From a virus (lineage: Duplodnaviria > Heunggongvirae > Uroviricota > Caudoviricetes), in IMG/VR virus record IMGVR_UViG_3300043024_000042: a DNA stretch of 46,454 bases; one strand, written 5' to 3'. Below, piece by piece: positions 25,681 to 35,235 of this stretch. Made by a program: the position numbers and the translations under genes. The notes below the pieces were generated by a model that ran no database searches, had not been told where the DNA came from, and was given only the letters and a program-made list of their open reading frames with translations. Numbering within the stretch: the stretch's first letter is position 1; each line of letters begins with the position of its first letter.

Positions 25681-25930
25681 AAGCGAGATAACCGACCTTA
25701 ACAGACAGATAAAGGAAGTCAGGCAAAGACCTGACGGATATCTCGACGACTATGACGATGATAAGGATATGGTCATAGCCAACTTGGAGGCAGACATTGA
25801 GGATGCCGAAAATACGCTCCGACATCTTGATGAGCTGGACGACTGGGATGCCATCGACAAGGCTGACCGGGACGATGCGGATGAGAAAAGAGCCTTTTCG
25901 GTCGGATTCGGTCTGACTCGTTTCTGCTGA
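25652..25930 (+). CDS. Acidic hypothetical protein (92 aa)
   Basis: Coiled-coil N-terminus; Asp-rich. Confidence 0.65.
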   Translation: MNEKLRKALESEITDLNRQIKEVRQRPDGYLDDYDDDKDMVIANLEADIEDAENTLRHLDELDDWDAIDKADRDDADEKRAFSVGFGLTRFC

Positions 25931-25965
25931 TTGACACGATTTGTAAACCTAAACAACATTTACGA

Positions 25966-26532
25966 ATGAAAGAACTGATTGAAATTCAGTCAAAACTGAA
26001 ATCGCCGAAGGCTCGAAGAAGTCTGTTCGGCAATTACATGTTCCGCTCCTGCGAGGATATCCTCGAGGCGGTCAAACCACTTCTTAGCAAGAACGGTTGC
26101 ACGATAACCATTAACGATGCTATCGAGGCAATCGGTGAAAGAGTCTATGTAAAGTCCACGGCAACTATTCGAAACTCTTCGGGTGACACGGAGAGCGCCA
26201 CAGCTTTCGCCCGCGAGCCACTGGTAAAGAGAGGCTTCGATGAGACACAGCTTACCGGTGTCGCCACCTCCTACGCACGCAAGTACGCTCTCAACGGCCT
26301 CCTGGCCATTGACGATAGCGTGGATGCGGATGCGGTACAGAAGGAAAGTGATGCAGCCGAGAAGAAGAGCAAGGAGACGCTTGCCCGTGTAAGAACAGAG
26401 ATAGGCAAGGCGAAAGACCTGAACGTACTTGGAGCCATCTACAAGGAATATATCGGTATGATGGATGAAGGGGACAAGCAGGCGGCCACCGCCCTTCTGA
26501 GCGCAAGAAGAAAGGAGTTGCAAGGTGGTTGA
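25966..26532 (+). CDS. erf: ERF-family single-strand annealing protein
   Basis: IQSKLKSPK...RSCEDILEAVKPLL...SYARKYALNGLLAIDD. Confidence 0.9.
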   Translation: MKELIEIQSKLKSPKARRSLFGNYMFRSCEDILEAVKPLLSKNGCTITINDAIEAIGERVYVKSTATIRNSSGDTESATAFAREPLVKRGFDETQLTGVATSYARKYALNGLLAIDDSVDADAVQKESDAAEKKSKETLARVRTEIGKAKDLNVLGAIYKEYIGMMDEGDKQAATALLSARRKELQGG

Positions 26533-27436
26533 CCTGAAAAATTCCTCTGTTAAATTCGACCAGGAGAGCCACACCTACACCACTGAGGATGGTGTGATCC
26601 TGAGCGGTGTGACCGCCATGCTCTCCGAGATGATATTCAAGAACAAGTATGCGAATGTCCCTGAGTTCATCCTGAACAGAGCCGCGCGTCATGGCACATT
26701 CGTCCATGAGTGTTGCGAGCTTGCGGACACCCTTCATATAGATACGGACTGCCCTGAGCAGCGCGAATATTCAAAGGAGCGGGCGAAACTTGGATTCATC
26801 CATGTGGCGAGCGAGTTTCTTATCTCCGATGAGGAAAATATCGCGTCGAGCATTGACAAGGTGTTTGAGAAGGACGGTGAGATTCATCTTGCCGACATCA
26901 AGACCACTTACAAACTCGATGAGGAATGGCTGTCATGGCAGCTCTCCGTATACGCTTATCTTTTTGAGCGGCAGACCGGAAAGAAGGTGGCGAAACTGTG
27001 GAGTATCTGGCTGCGCGACGGAAAATGCCAGTTCAAGGAGGTGACCCGCAAGCCTGACGCGGCTGTCAAGAAACTCATCAAATGCTTTGTTGATGGCAAG
27101 CCTTTCGAGGATGCTTCCGTGGTACCGGCGCGCAAGGTGTCGGAGCTTCCCGCGCAGTATGCCGAGATAGAGGGCTTCATCGAGGATGTGGTGACGCAGT
27201 GCGCTTACTGGAGCGAGCAGAAGAAGCAGCTTGCCGAAGGAGTGATGAAAGAAATGGTCAAGCGTGGCGATTACAAGTGGGAGGGCGATACGATCACCTT
27301 CATCCGCAAGAAAGAATCCATCCGCAAGACATTCGATACTGAATCCTTCCGCAAGGACCATCCGATGCTGTATGATAAATATATCAAGGAGGTCCCCATG
27401 GTAGGGAGTGTAACCGTTAAAATCAAAAACAATTAA
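26525..27436 (+). CDS. PD-(D/E)XK exonuclease (phage Cas4/lambda-exo-like)
   Basis: SGVTAML, RHGTFVH, SSIDKV, LADIKTT, WQLSVYAYL. Confidence 0.8.
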   Translation: MVDLKNSSVKFDQESHTYTTEDGVILSGVTAMLSEMIFKNKYANVPEFILNRAARHGTFVHECCELADTLHIDTDCPEQREYSKERAKLGFIHVASEFLISDEENIASSIDKVFEKDGEIHLADIKTTYKLDEEWLSWQLSVYAYLFERQTGKKVAKLWSIWLRDGKCQFKEVTRKPDAAVKKLIKCFVDGKPFEDASVVPARKVSELPAQYAEIEGFIEDVVTQCAYWSEQKKQLAEGVMKEMVKRGDYKWEGDTITFIRKKESIRKTFDTESFRKDHPMLYDKYIKEVPMVGSVTVKIKNN

Positions 27437-27440
27437 TATT

Positions 27441-27947
27441 ATGGCATTGACAATGTACGGGCGAATCCTTTCGATAGGACAGACCCTCACCACTCCGTCC
27501 AAGGACGGAACAAAAACCTACACGTCCCGCAGTCTTGTCCTGGACTGCACGACCACAAGTTCTACCGGGCAGGTATTCAAAAGCACCCCGCAGTTTGAGT
27601 TTGACGGGAACCTTTGCCCCGAACTGGATAAGTATGTGGCAGGCCAGCTCGTGGCTATCACATTTGAGTTGCGCGGTGTGGAATACATCGACAAGAAAAC
27701 GAACGCGCCCAAAATCTTCAACCGGATACGTCCGTACAAGATTGAGCCTTACCAGCCAGCAGGATACGGACCGCAGCCCGCGCAACCCGCCATGCAGCAA
27801 TCGGCACAGCCTGCTTACCCACCCCAGCAGCCGGTAGCACAGCCTGCATATCCTCCGCAGCAAGGAGTGCAACCGCCCTATCCGCAGCAGGGATACCAGC
27901 AGCCCGCTTACCCACCGCAGGCCGGTAATGACAATCTGCCCTTCTAA
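27441..27947 (+). CDS. DUF3127-family OB-fold ssDNA-binding-like protein with Gln/Pro-rich tail
   Basis: N-terminal GRIL...SKDG...VAITFELRG; QPAYPPQQ repeats; ends NDNLPF like an SSB tail. Confidence 0.75.
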   Translation: MALTMYGRILSIGQTLTTPSKDGTKTYTSRSLVLDCTTTSSTGQVFKSTPQFEFDGNLCPELDKYVAGQLVAITFELRGVEYIDKKTNAPKIFNRIRPYKIEPYQPAGYGPQPAQPAMQQSAQPAYPPQQPVAQPAYPPQQGVQPPYPQQGYQQPAYPPQAGNDNLPF

Positions 27948-27950
27948 GCC

Positions 27951-28388
27951 ATGATGTACGACCTGAACAATCCCCTAAAGAGGGAGAGTTTCAAGACGAA
28001 GTGCAAGAAATTGTTGGATAGCAAGGCTATTGTCGAGCTGACAGAGAAAAAGGAGCGGAGGTCTATAACGGCCAACGCTTATCTCCACGTGATCCTCTCG
28101 TATTTTGCCGCAGTGACGGGGAATACGATGGATTACGTCAAGATGAACTATTACAAGCTGCATTGCAACCGCGATATCTTTGTGGTGGAGAAGGATGATA
28201 AGTTCCTTGGCAAGACGAGGATGATACGCAGTTCCGCATCGCTGGATAAGGATGAGATGTCCTTGTCTATCGAGCGTTTCCGTAACTTCGCCTCCGAGGA
28301 AGCCGGTATCTACATCCCTTCCGGGGAAGAGGGCAGGCTGTTGCAGCAGTGCGAGATTGAGATTGAACAGAACAAAGAATTTATTTGA
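27951..28388 (+). CDS. NinB-like hypothetical protein
   Basis: RRSITANAYLHV...RSSASLDKDEMSLSIERFRNFASEEAGIYIP. Confidence 0.55.
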   Translation: MMYDLNNPLKRESFKTKCKKLLDSKAIVELTEKKERRSITANAYLHVILSYFAAVTGNTMDYVKMNYYKLHCNRDIFVVEKDDKFLGKTRMIRSSASLDKDEMSLSIERFRNFASEEAGIYIPSGEEGRLLQQCEIEIEQNKEFI

Positions 28389-28389
28389 T

Positions 28390-28848
28390 ATGATGAAACA
28401 ATGGTTTGAAGTCAGCGCCAGTTATTATAAGGTGCTGGAAAACGGAGTGACGAAAAAGGTGACGGAGCCTTATCTTGTAGACAGCCTGTCGTTTACGGAG
28501 AGTGAGGCTACTACCATCGACGAAATATCCGCGTATATCGACGGGGAGTTCACCATCAAGGCCATCAAGCGGTCCAATATCGCGGAGGTCTGGGATGATT
28601 ATGACGGAGAGCAGGATGCAGCCTATTGGCGCATCAAGTGCGATTTCCTTGCGCTCGATGAGAAGAGCGGCAACGAGAAACGCACATCCATGCACATCCT
28701 TCTCAAATCGCCTTCATACGACAAGGTTATCCCGATGTTCCAAAAACGGATGGAGGGCAGCGTATCGGATTACGAGGTGGTTAAAGTTGAAAAGACCGCC
28801 ATCGTAGATGTTATCCGATATAAGGGCGATAAAGAACCTAAAGAATAA
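28390..28848 (+). CDS. DUF4494-family protein
   Basis: WFEVSASYYKVLENGVTKKVTEPYLVDSLSFTESE. Confidence 0.75.
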   Translation: MMKQWFEVSASYYKVLENGVTKKVTEPYLVDSLSFTESEATTIDEISAYIDGEFTIKAIKRSNIAEVWDDYDGEQDAAYWRIKCDFLALDEKSGNEKRTSMHILLKSPSYDKVIPMFQKRMEGSVSDYEVVKVEKTAIVDVIRYKGDKEPKE

Positions 28849-28975
28849 CACTATATTATTTCTGGAAGAGTTTTTACTAATCGTAATAGACTTTTTAATA
28901 CCTATGGCACTGGCGAGTGCCTTCAACTTGCCCGCATGGGAATGTCGGCAAGTTTGTTTAATACCTTAGTCTTAT

Positions 28976-29623
28976 ATGGCAACGAAAAAGAAGAAAATTA
29001 CCCGAACGACATTCACGTTCCGCATATCTTGGTGGCAGACCATGAAGGACTGGCCCGAAGAGCGGAAGCACCGCATCCTTGACCGCATCATCGAATACGC
29101 GGAGACCGGGGATGTCCCTACTGACCTTGACGATGAGGATATGACCACATTCTCCTTCATCCGCTCCGAGATTGATTCGGAGAGCGAGAAACCAAAGCGG
29201 AGAAAAAAGGATGATGGGCCTGCTACCCTTGCGGCAGCAATCGACAATGAGAAGTCGGTCAACATCATAACACAAGGCCGCGAGATATTCTGTATGTACT
29301 ACAAGGAACTGACCGGAGAGGATTACTATTGGACCGCCAAGGACGCAGCCCACATGAGGTTAATCCTCAACATGCTCAGATACTCGCGCAAACAGAAAAG
29401 CCTGCCTGATACTGATGAGGGTGTGATGGAAGCGCTCTCTACCCTGCTCAATTCGATAACGGACAAGTGGATCATCGAAAACATGTCCGTATCTACGGTA
29501 CTCAATAAGTATAATGCCATTGTAGCTAACGCGAGGAATGCAGCGGTTGGGAAAATCAGTTCAGACAAGCGTAGAGCGAATGAAGCGGTCGTTAAGTCCA
29601 TCGCAGGCGACCTACTTGGATAA
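28976..29623 (+). CDS. Replication-initiator-like protein (DUF6291-type N-terminus)
   Basis: FRISWWQTMKDWPEERKHRILDRIIEYAETG...FSFIRSEID. Confidence 0.6.
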   Translation: MATKKKKITRTTFTFRISWWQTMKDWPEERKHRILDRIIEYAETGDVPTDLDDEDMTTFSFIRSEIDSESEKPKRRKKDDGPATLAAAIDNEKSVNIITQGREIFCMYYKELTGEDYYWTAKDAAHMRLILNMLRYSRKQKSLPDTDEGVMEALSTLLNSITDKWIIENMSVSTVLNKYNAIVANARNAAVGKISSDKRRANEAVVKSIAGDLLG

Positions 29624-30200
29624 GGTAAGTTCAAGATTTCCTTCCCACGTCAATAGCGTGGAGGATGTAATGACGGTCTACTCCCCCAAGCAATGGGATT
29701 ACGTCATGCTCAACAAGGATAACGCTTACACTTGCCTCTGTCCTACCGTAGCGGATGTGAGGGAACTGTACGGCAAGGATGCAGCCGCCCAATGGATAGG
29801 CATACAGATTGCCGCTCTCTTCATCGCCAGCGCAAGCCGTGACGAGGGAATGGCCGACAGTATCAAACTATTCTCGGAGAGTTTTGCCGTGGAAACGGGC
29901 GGTTACAAGCTAACCGAGCTGATGTTGTTCTTTTCCAGGTACCGTGCAGGGCGCTATGACGGGTCTTACACGCAGTTTGACCCGAAGAGAATCGGCAACT
30001 GCTTCTTTCGGGAGTTCCTTAACGAGAGAAACTACGAGCTTGACCATATCGAGCGTGAGCAGAGACGGATGGCCGTTGAGCAGCGCAGGTTTGTCAGCAA
30101 GGATGGAAAATCATCCCTCGAGGCCTACCGTGAGGCGAAACGCAAGGCCGCTGAGGGTGACGAGGAAGCGAAGAAACTGCTCGAGGGGCCATGCAGGTAA
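29580..30200 (+). CDS. DUF6633-like protein (possible helicase-loader partner)
   Basis: CPTVADVRELYG...YKLTELMLFFSRYRAGRY...FDPKRI; follows the initiator-like gene; start uncertain (29538 or 29580). Confidence 0.5.
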   Translation: MKRSLSPSQATYLDKVSSRFPSHVNSVEDVMTVYSPKQWDYVMLNKDNAYTCLCPTVADVRELYGKDAAAQWIGIQIAALFIASASRDEGMADSIKLFSESFAVETGGYKLTELMLFFSRYRAGRYDGSYTQFDPKRIGNCFFREFLNERNYELDHIEREQRRMAVEQRRFVSKDGKSSLEAYREAKRKAAEGDEEAKKLLEGPCR

Positions 30201-30370
30201 GGGTTTACTTTAAGACAAGGATTTACGCGGACATCCGAAAGATAATCGAGCGTTTCAACCTCCAACCCGGAGTGTCGGTGAATTACGAGACGCACGGGGA
30301 TGTGAAGGAATCTGACATTTGGCTTCTCGAGGAAACTGCGAGAAGAGGATATATTGAAATAAGGAAATAA
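30191..30370 (+). CDS. Hypothetical protein (59 aa, MQVRVYFKTR...GYIEIRK)
   Basis: Not in the ORF track (below its cutoff); fills the gap between neighbours with an overlapping start. Confidence 0.6.
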   Translation: MQVRVYFKTRIYADIRKIIERFNLQPGVSVNYETHGDVKESDIWLLEETARRGYIEIRK

Positions 30371-30382
30371 ATAAAAGAAGAA

Positions 30383-30784
30383 ATGACGAAAACATCAAAA
30401 ACACAACTTCTTCTATACACTACTTATATAATTGCTGATTTATTGGATACGTATGTATCCGAGACCGCAAGACAGATGGAACGTGAGAAGGTAAAGGTGG
30501 ACTTCGATACGAGGCATACCTTCAATACTCTTACAGCCAGCGCAAGGAAACTCCGCAAGCAGATAGACGGAACACCGAAAGGAACGCAGAGCGACTTTGG
30601 TGACACGTGCGATATGATTACGTCCATCTTTTCCGTCCTGATAGACCGCATTGGTGATAATGAGCGGGCCGCTTTGGATATATACGAGTATATCAAAGGG
30701 AAGCCAAGTTCGCTCGGATTACAGTTCAAGGGGCTTGATGATGCGTTTTTTAAGAAAAGCAATACGGATGAAGTTAAAGAATAG
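30383..30784 (+). CDS. Hypothetical protein
   Basis: Co-directional ORF in a tightly packed run. Confidence 0.65.
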   Translation: MTKTSKTQLLLYTTYIIADLLDTYVSETARQMEREKVKVDFDTRHTFNTLTASARKLRKQIDGTPKGTQSDFGDTCDMITSIFSVLIDRIGDNERAALDIYEYIKGKPSSLGLQFKGLDDAFFKKSNTDEVKE

Positions 30785-30959
30785 TGAAATTAATTGGTTT
30801 GAGAATCATCTGAGGATGATCATAAAGAAGTGCAGGCAGTTCGACTTCGGCAATGCAGGCTGGGAGTTGAATGATATTGCGGCACACGCTCAGATACTTC
30901 TCAACACTATTAAAGGTAAGAAATATGACGGAAGAGGAATTCAGGAACGCGGTGAATGA
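30768..30959 (+). CDS. Hypothetical protein (MKLKNSEINW...)
   Basis: Overlapping start and stop with neighbours. Confidence 0.5.
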   Translation: MKLKNSEINWFENHLRMIIKKCRQFDFGNAGWELNDIAAHAQILLNTIKGKKYDGRGIQERGE

Positions 30960-31233
30960 GATAGAGTGTGAACGCGACAGAAAGTTGAAGGAATTGCGGA
31001 TAAAGTGCGCTAAGTCCAACCAGCGATACAATATCGGTGACATCATTGAGGATTCTATCGGGCGGAGAATACTTATCGACAAGTTGTATATCTCATCGGA
31101 CTTTCACTGCCCCGAGATCTATTATTCGGGGCTGACATTTACGAAGAAGGGTGTACCGAACAAACGCAACGATCGCATCAACGTGTTCAACAATGGTTCC
31201 GTGTTAATCAAGCGAGCTGACGACAAAAAATAA
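30925..31233 (+). CDS. Hypothetical protein (MTEEEFRNAV...)
   Basis: Co-directional packed ORF. Confidence 0.6.
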   Translation: MTEEEFRNAVNEIECERDRKLKELRIKCAKSNQRYNIGDIIEDSIGRRILIDKLYISSDFHCPEIYYSGLTFTKKGVPNKRNDRINVFNNGSVLIKRADDKK

Positions 31234-31239
31234 TATAAT

Positions 31240-31491
31240 ATGACGCTGGAAGAGTTTGGAGAAGTTAAAATGCGTATGGTATCCCATCTTACGCTGGAGA
31301 AGACCTACGTATCAAGTTACGTGACGGATATTAAGGGATTGTATGCCAGCAAGGAGGTAAGACGTAACCACCTTGGTATGCCAACGGGTAAGACCAAGAT
31401 TGTATACATCTATCTCGGCAAGGAATACCGCAAGGTGGAGGATTTACTTAAAGCAATCAACGAGAATGAATCTCAAAATTGTAACAAATGA
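31240..31491 (+). CDS. Hypothetical protein
   Basis: Co-directional packed ORF. Confidence 0.6.
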   Translation: MTLEEFGEVKMRMVSHLTLEKTYVSSYVTDIKGLYASKEVRRNHLGMPTGKTKIVYIYLGKEYRKVEDLLKAINENESQNCNK

Positions 31492-31642
31492 TGGCCGATT
31501 GGAAGAGGTCTATCTAACGCAGGATTACATTTACTATGCGTATCCTTGCGGTGACACTCTGATGGTTGATAAGATATATGACCCGTCTTATTTTTGGAAA
31601 CCTATTGCTCAAAGTCTTATTATAGATCCGACCCGTGGATGA
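31466..31642 (+). CDS. Hypothetical protein (MNLKIVTNDG...)
   Basis: Overlaps the upstream stop. Confidence 0.5.
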   Translation: MNLKIVTNDGRLEEVYLTQDYIYYAYPCGDTLMVDKIYDPSYFWKPIAQSLIIDPTRG

Positions 31643-31774
31643 TTAATATATATGTCTAATTTATAAATATAATGTTATGAGAATTGTGTTTAGTTGGAAA
31701 ACCGTAGATACAAGTAACGATACTCGTATCAGTGCGTGTTATTGTTTTAGCAGATGCGACGTTAATTTCAATTA

Positions 31775-32188
31775 ATGAAGTGTATGATAGATAACGAAAT
31801 GATTATGACTAATTTCGCGTTTTACCTCAATATGCTATTGAGAGTTCTTCACATAGCCTATAAGGTGAATTACGGCGGATGTTTGATGTTGTGCGCTATA
31901 ATTAAGAGGGAAGCGGAGCGCCGCGGGTTGAAATGCGATATAATAAGGAATAAAGGCCTGCATGAAGAATGTCATTATACGTGTAATTTGTCGTATAATA
32001 ATAGCAGTGATTATTCCGTTAATTATTATCCCTTTGCATATTACATCCCAGTTGGTGTGGTTTTCCATGATTGGCAGGATGCCATGAAGGAGTATCAAAA
32101 CGGGAAGTGGTCAGAGGTGTACGAACGGAAATATGACGATGTGATTCAAAGTATTATAACTGACTTTATAAAAAATTATGAATTATGA
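31775..32188 (+). CDS. AT-rich hypothetical protein
   Basis: ORF with lower GC than the flanks. Confidence 0.55.
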   Translation: MKCMIDNEMIMTNFAFYLNMLLRVLHIAYKVNYGGCLMLCAIIKREAERRGLKCDIIRNKGLHEECHYTCNLSYNNSSDYSVNYYPFAYYIPVGVVFHDWQDAMKEYQNGKWSEVYERKYDDVIQSIITDFIKNYEL

Positions 32189-32415
32189 GAAATTTTACAG
32201 ATTTAAGTGATGAATGTATTGAAGAGTTGAACAACGATGGAAAATGGCATGACTTTGACGACCTGCACCCGAATGTTGAAGAATGGTGCTTGTTCAAGGA
32301 TTTAAGGGGCGATATTTACGAAGGCCTTTACACTCAATTTGGTAATTGTATGGGCCAAGAGGAAAATGGAGAATGGTATTTCATTGATGGTGTAGTCCAG
32401 TGGAGATATTACTAA
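32185..32415 (+). CDS. Hypothetical protein (Trp-rich, DUF551-like pattern)
   Basis: KWHDFDDLHP...DGVVQWRYY; ATGA overlap. Confidence 0.55.
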   Translation: MRNFTDLSDECIEELNNDGKWHDFDDLHPNVEEWCLFKDLRGDIYEGLYTQFGNCMGQEENGEWYFIDGVVQWRYY

Positions 32416-32426
32416 TTAATTATATC

Positions 32427-32831
32427 ATGGAAAAAGAAGAGATTACAAAAGGAAAGTATTGGTGGTCAGCGACGGCAGGTGGTTTCTCCGGTTTCGGTCA
32501 GTTCGATACCATCGAGGAATGTATCGAGGATATTGAGGATAGTAGCGACGAGTGGGAGGATTATTATGCTGACCAAGAAACGGATTTGATACCTATCGGC
32601 ATAGCAACTTCTGTTTACAATGTTGGCGACCTTATTGATGTTATAAAGGATCGTATTGCTGATGAAGCGTTAAGTTTCAGTTGTGATAGCGAAGCCTCTT
32701 TTTCAAAAGACTTCGATGAGAAATTAAAGGATTTGCTTATCAATGAGGTAGACTTCGGGGCGCAGGCGGCAATACAAGAGGTCGGATGTTACAATGTTAA
32801 AACGCATGAATTTATAAAAGGGGAGGAATAA
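32427..32831 (+). CDS. Acidic hypothetical protein
   Basis: Co-directional packed ORF. Confidence 0.6.
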   Translation: MEKEEITKGKYWWSATAGGFSGFGQFDTIEECIEDIEDSSDEWEDYYADQETDLIPIGIATSVYNVGDLIDVIKDRIADEALSFSCDSEASFSKDFDEKLKDLLINEVDFGAQAAIQEVGCYNVKTHEFIKGEE

Positions 32832-32837
32832 CTGATT

Positions 32838-33239
32838 ATGGCATCGAAGTTATATACATTCCATCCCGAGATTTACCCTCGGGCATTATGGATCCAAGTA
32901 GGCTTTGACATCCCCGAAGGATTTGAGGGTGTGACAGTGGAGGATAATGATTCCGCTATGGCCGTGGTGAACAAGGCCTACGACAAGAAGAGTAATAAGT
33001 GTGGTTGCATGATTCGCTTTATGAATCTTAAGGCTATTGATTTGCCAAACGTAACCCACGAGAGTATTCATGTAGCGATGGATATTTTCGGGTACTGCGG
33101 CATTGTGCCTGACAATAACAACCAGGAACCTTTATGCTATTTGGCTGGCTGGGTGGCGAAGTGCTGCAAGGAAGTACTTGACGAAGAATATTGCAAGATT
33201 CAGAAACCCTCGCAAGATTCAGATTTGTTATGCGAATAA
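32838..33239 (+). CDS. Hypothetical protein with HExxH-like motif
   Basis: VTHESIHVAMDI...NQEPLCYLAGW. Confidence 0.6.
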   Translation: MASKLYTFHPEIYPRALWIQVGFDIPEGFEGVTVEDNDSAMAVVNKAYDKKSNKCGCMIRFMNLKAIDLPNVTHESIHVAMDIFGYCGIVPDNNNQEPLCYLAGWVAKCCKEVLDEEYCKIQKPSQDSDLLCE

Positions 33240-33254
33240 GTGGTATGAAGCCTT

Positions 33255-33656
33255 ATGATTAGATTGTATAAATTCAGAGGGAAGAACCTCGAAAACGGAG
33301 AGTGGGTGTATGGCAGCCTGATAATGAAATCCTACGATGATGTGCTCATCGTTAATAGCGATGGAGATTTTCAAGTTGATCCTGATACTGTCGGCATGAT
33401 GCTCTTTAAGTGGAGACGGAGAGAGTTCTACGATGGTGATATTGTCAAATACCAGTCGCGTGATGAGAGCGGCCCTTATGTCTATGTGTCTGCATGGCGA
33501 TACGCTTCAACTGATGTGACACATACTGATGGATATATCCAGCATGATGGTAAGGAGCGGTTTTACGTTGATGGGCCTGCAACTTTTAATTTGCAGAATT
33601 GCGAAGTGATAGGTAATGTATATGATAATAAAGAATTGTATGAAGAAATTTCATAA
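33255..33656 (+). CDS. YopX-family protein
   Basis: KFRGKNLENGEWVYGSL...VDPDTVG...YDGDIV...EVIGNVYDNKEL. Confidence 0.8.
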   Translation: MIRLYKFRGKNLENGEWVYGSLIMKSYDDVLIVNSDGDFQVDPDTVGMMLFKWRRREFYDGDIVKYQSRDESGPYVYVSAWRYASTDVTHTDGYIQHDGKERFYVDGPATFNLQNCEVIGNVYDNKELYEEIS

Positions 33657-34057
33657 TGAATAGATATATATGTAGAGGAAAGGAAAAGGGTACCGGACGA
33701 TGGGTGTATGGTTACTTGAACATCTTTAAAGAAACGGTTTTCATTAATGATGCAGACGGGAAAGGTGACGATGAGCCATTAATCTCTCCCGTAGTCGATT
33801 CCAGCACATTAGGACAATACACCGGATTTGTTGATGTTACCACGAAATTCATTTTTGAAGGTGACATTGTTGAAATGGAGGATAGAAGTTACCGCACGGT
33901 CATTTGGTCCAGCTCTGACGCTTGCTTTAAACTTTGCCGTATGGATGGTGATGGAGCGGACGAGGAACTTGGTAAATACAGAATTGGTGGTCTTATAGTT
34001 CTAAGAGCGAAGATTATAGGTAACGTACACGATAAAGTAAAAGGACTGACCGAATGA
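33656..34057 (+). CDS. YopX-family protein
   Basis: RGKEKGTGRWVYGYL...VDSSTLGQYTG...IFEGDIV...IIGNVHD. Confidence 0.8.
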   Translation: MNRYICRGKEKGTGRWVYGYLNIFKETVFINDADGKGDDEPLISPVVDSSTLGQYTGFVDVTTKFIFEGDIVEMEDRSYRTVIWSSSDACFKLCRMDGDGADEELGKYRIGGLIVLRAKIIGNVHDKVKGLTE

Positions 34058-34443
34058 TGAGAAAGATTCGATTCCGTGGCAGAAACAAAGGCGGTGTTTG
34101 GAAGTACGGCCAGTTATTTGACCTCTCAACCACGTATATCTTTGCAAAGTCGAAGGATGGCCCAGGTAATATGTATGAGGTGGACGAATCTACTATCGGT
34201 CAGTATATCGGGAAAAGGGATGTTTCGGGAGCCTACATTTTTGAGGGTGACATCCTCGAGACAGAGCAGGGCCATCATGTAGTAGTTGGATATTCAGAAG
34301 AAAGTGCAGCGTTTGTCCTTCGGGATATACATAATAGTGAAGTATTCCACTCCATCGGGCAGGTAGGTCAGATGAGATTGATAGGCAATATTTATGACAA
34401 TAAAGATTTGGTAAAGGAGGTATGCAATGATATTGATGGTTGA
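34054..34443 (+). CDS. YopX-family protein
   Basis: IRFRG...WKYGQL...VDESTIGQYIG...IFEGDIL...LIGNIYDNKDL. Confidence 0.82.
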   Translation: MMRKIRFRGRNKGGVWKYGQLFDLSTTYIFAKSKDGPGNMYEVDESTIGQYIGKRDVSGAYIFEGDILETEQGHHVVVGYSEESAAFVLRDIHNSEVFHSIGQVGQMRLIGNIYDNKDLVKEVCNDIDG

Positions 34444-34708
34444 AGATGCGTGGGCTGATTCTTATTTCTCAATCGTCCGTCATACGGGCCGTGCGAGAAT
34501 AAACGGGACTGATTTCTACGTGGTAGACAAGTTCGGTCGGACGCTGTTCGAGATAAGTATTCCTCCAGGTGATCCAGCCGACTTGATAGACATCAGTTAC
34601 CTGCCCTTGTACAAGAAGTACGGACGGGAGAAGTTTATCGAGTGTTTGGAGAAGAACCCCGATATTAACTCTGTGCCTGCCATGCGCAAGGCACTTAAAG
34701 CGATGTGA
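34427..34708 (+). CDS. Hypothetical protein
   Basis: Packed ORF. Confidence 0.6.
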   Translation: MILMVEDAWADSYFSIVRHTGRARINGTDFYVVDKFGRTLFEISIPPGDPADLIDISYLPLYKKYGREKFIECLEKNPDINSVPAMRKALKAM

Positions 34709-34709
34709 T

Positions 34710-34904
34710 ATGGGATTGCTGGACGTCATACAATGCTTGATATACGGACATAAGCCATTTACGTTCCGTTGGTATAACATCCTTTATGGTTGCTATAATC
34801 GAAAAGGTAAGAAACATCACCCCTGCAAGGGGAGTTACCGAAAGCGGGTCAATCATTATCAGATTGTTTGCCTGCGATGCGGTAAGGTGTTAAAGAAACA
34901 ATAA
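34710..34904 (+). CDS. Small Cys/His-containing hypothetical protein
   Basis: CLIYGH...CLRCGK. Confidence 0.5.
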   Translation: MGLLDVIQCLIYGHKPFTFRWYNILYGCYNRKGKKHHPCKGSYRKRVNHYQIVCLRCGKVLKKQ

Positions 34905-34915
34905 ATTATGGAATT

Positions 34916-35233
34916 ATGAAAGAATTGGAAGTAAAATCAATGCTGGAAGATAGCCGCATCCCCGAGCAGTACAAGCGTGGAGGTCGGCTGTCAAGTGAGT
35001 TTTTGGATGGCGTGGAGTTCGCAGAGCAGCGCATCATGGAGAAAGGTGTGGAAGTTTAGCTGGCGAGAGATGGCGACAATTCTTTATATCTATCAGAAGA
35101 AAAGCCTGAGCGTCATGGAAAAGTCAGAGTATTCAAATGCGACGGGTTATCGACAATGCTGTCCGATGAGATGTTCCCCGAATTAACCTTTGAAAACTCT
35201 CCCGTCAAGGCGAGAATAATATTGGAGGACTGA
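34916..35233 (+). pseudogene. Hypothetical phage gene interrupted by an in-frame TAG at 35057-35059
   Basis: MKELEV...KGVEV*LARDGDNSLYLSEEKP...FPELTFENSP reads through in one frame; the stop sits where a Trp is expected in the W-x-ARD-x-DG-x-L pattern. Confidence 0.6.
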
Positions 35234-35235
35234 AT

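Noticed and set aside
26525-27436. Cas4-like nuclease as evidence of CRISPR-Cas
   Set aside because: It sits between ERF and an SSB-like gene in a recombination block; no cas genes or repeat-spacer array are present.
34916-35233. Genome-wide TAG reassignment (alternative genetic code)
   Set aside because: Only one internal TAG was found; TAG terminates well-defined genes (11381, 15350, 42935, 44777) and long ORFs are intact in code 11.
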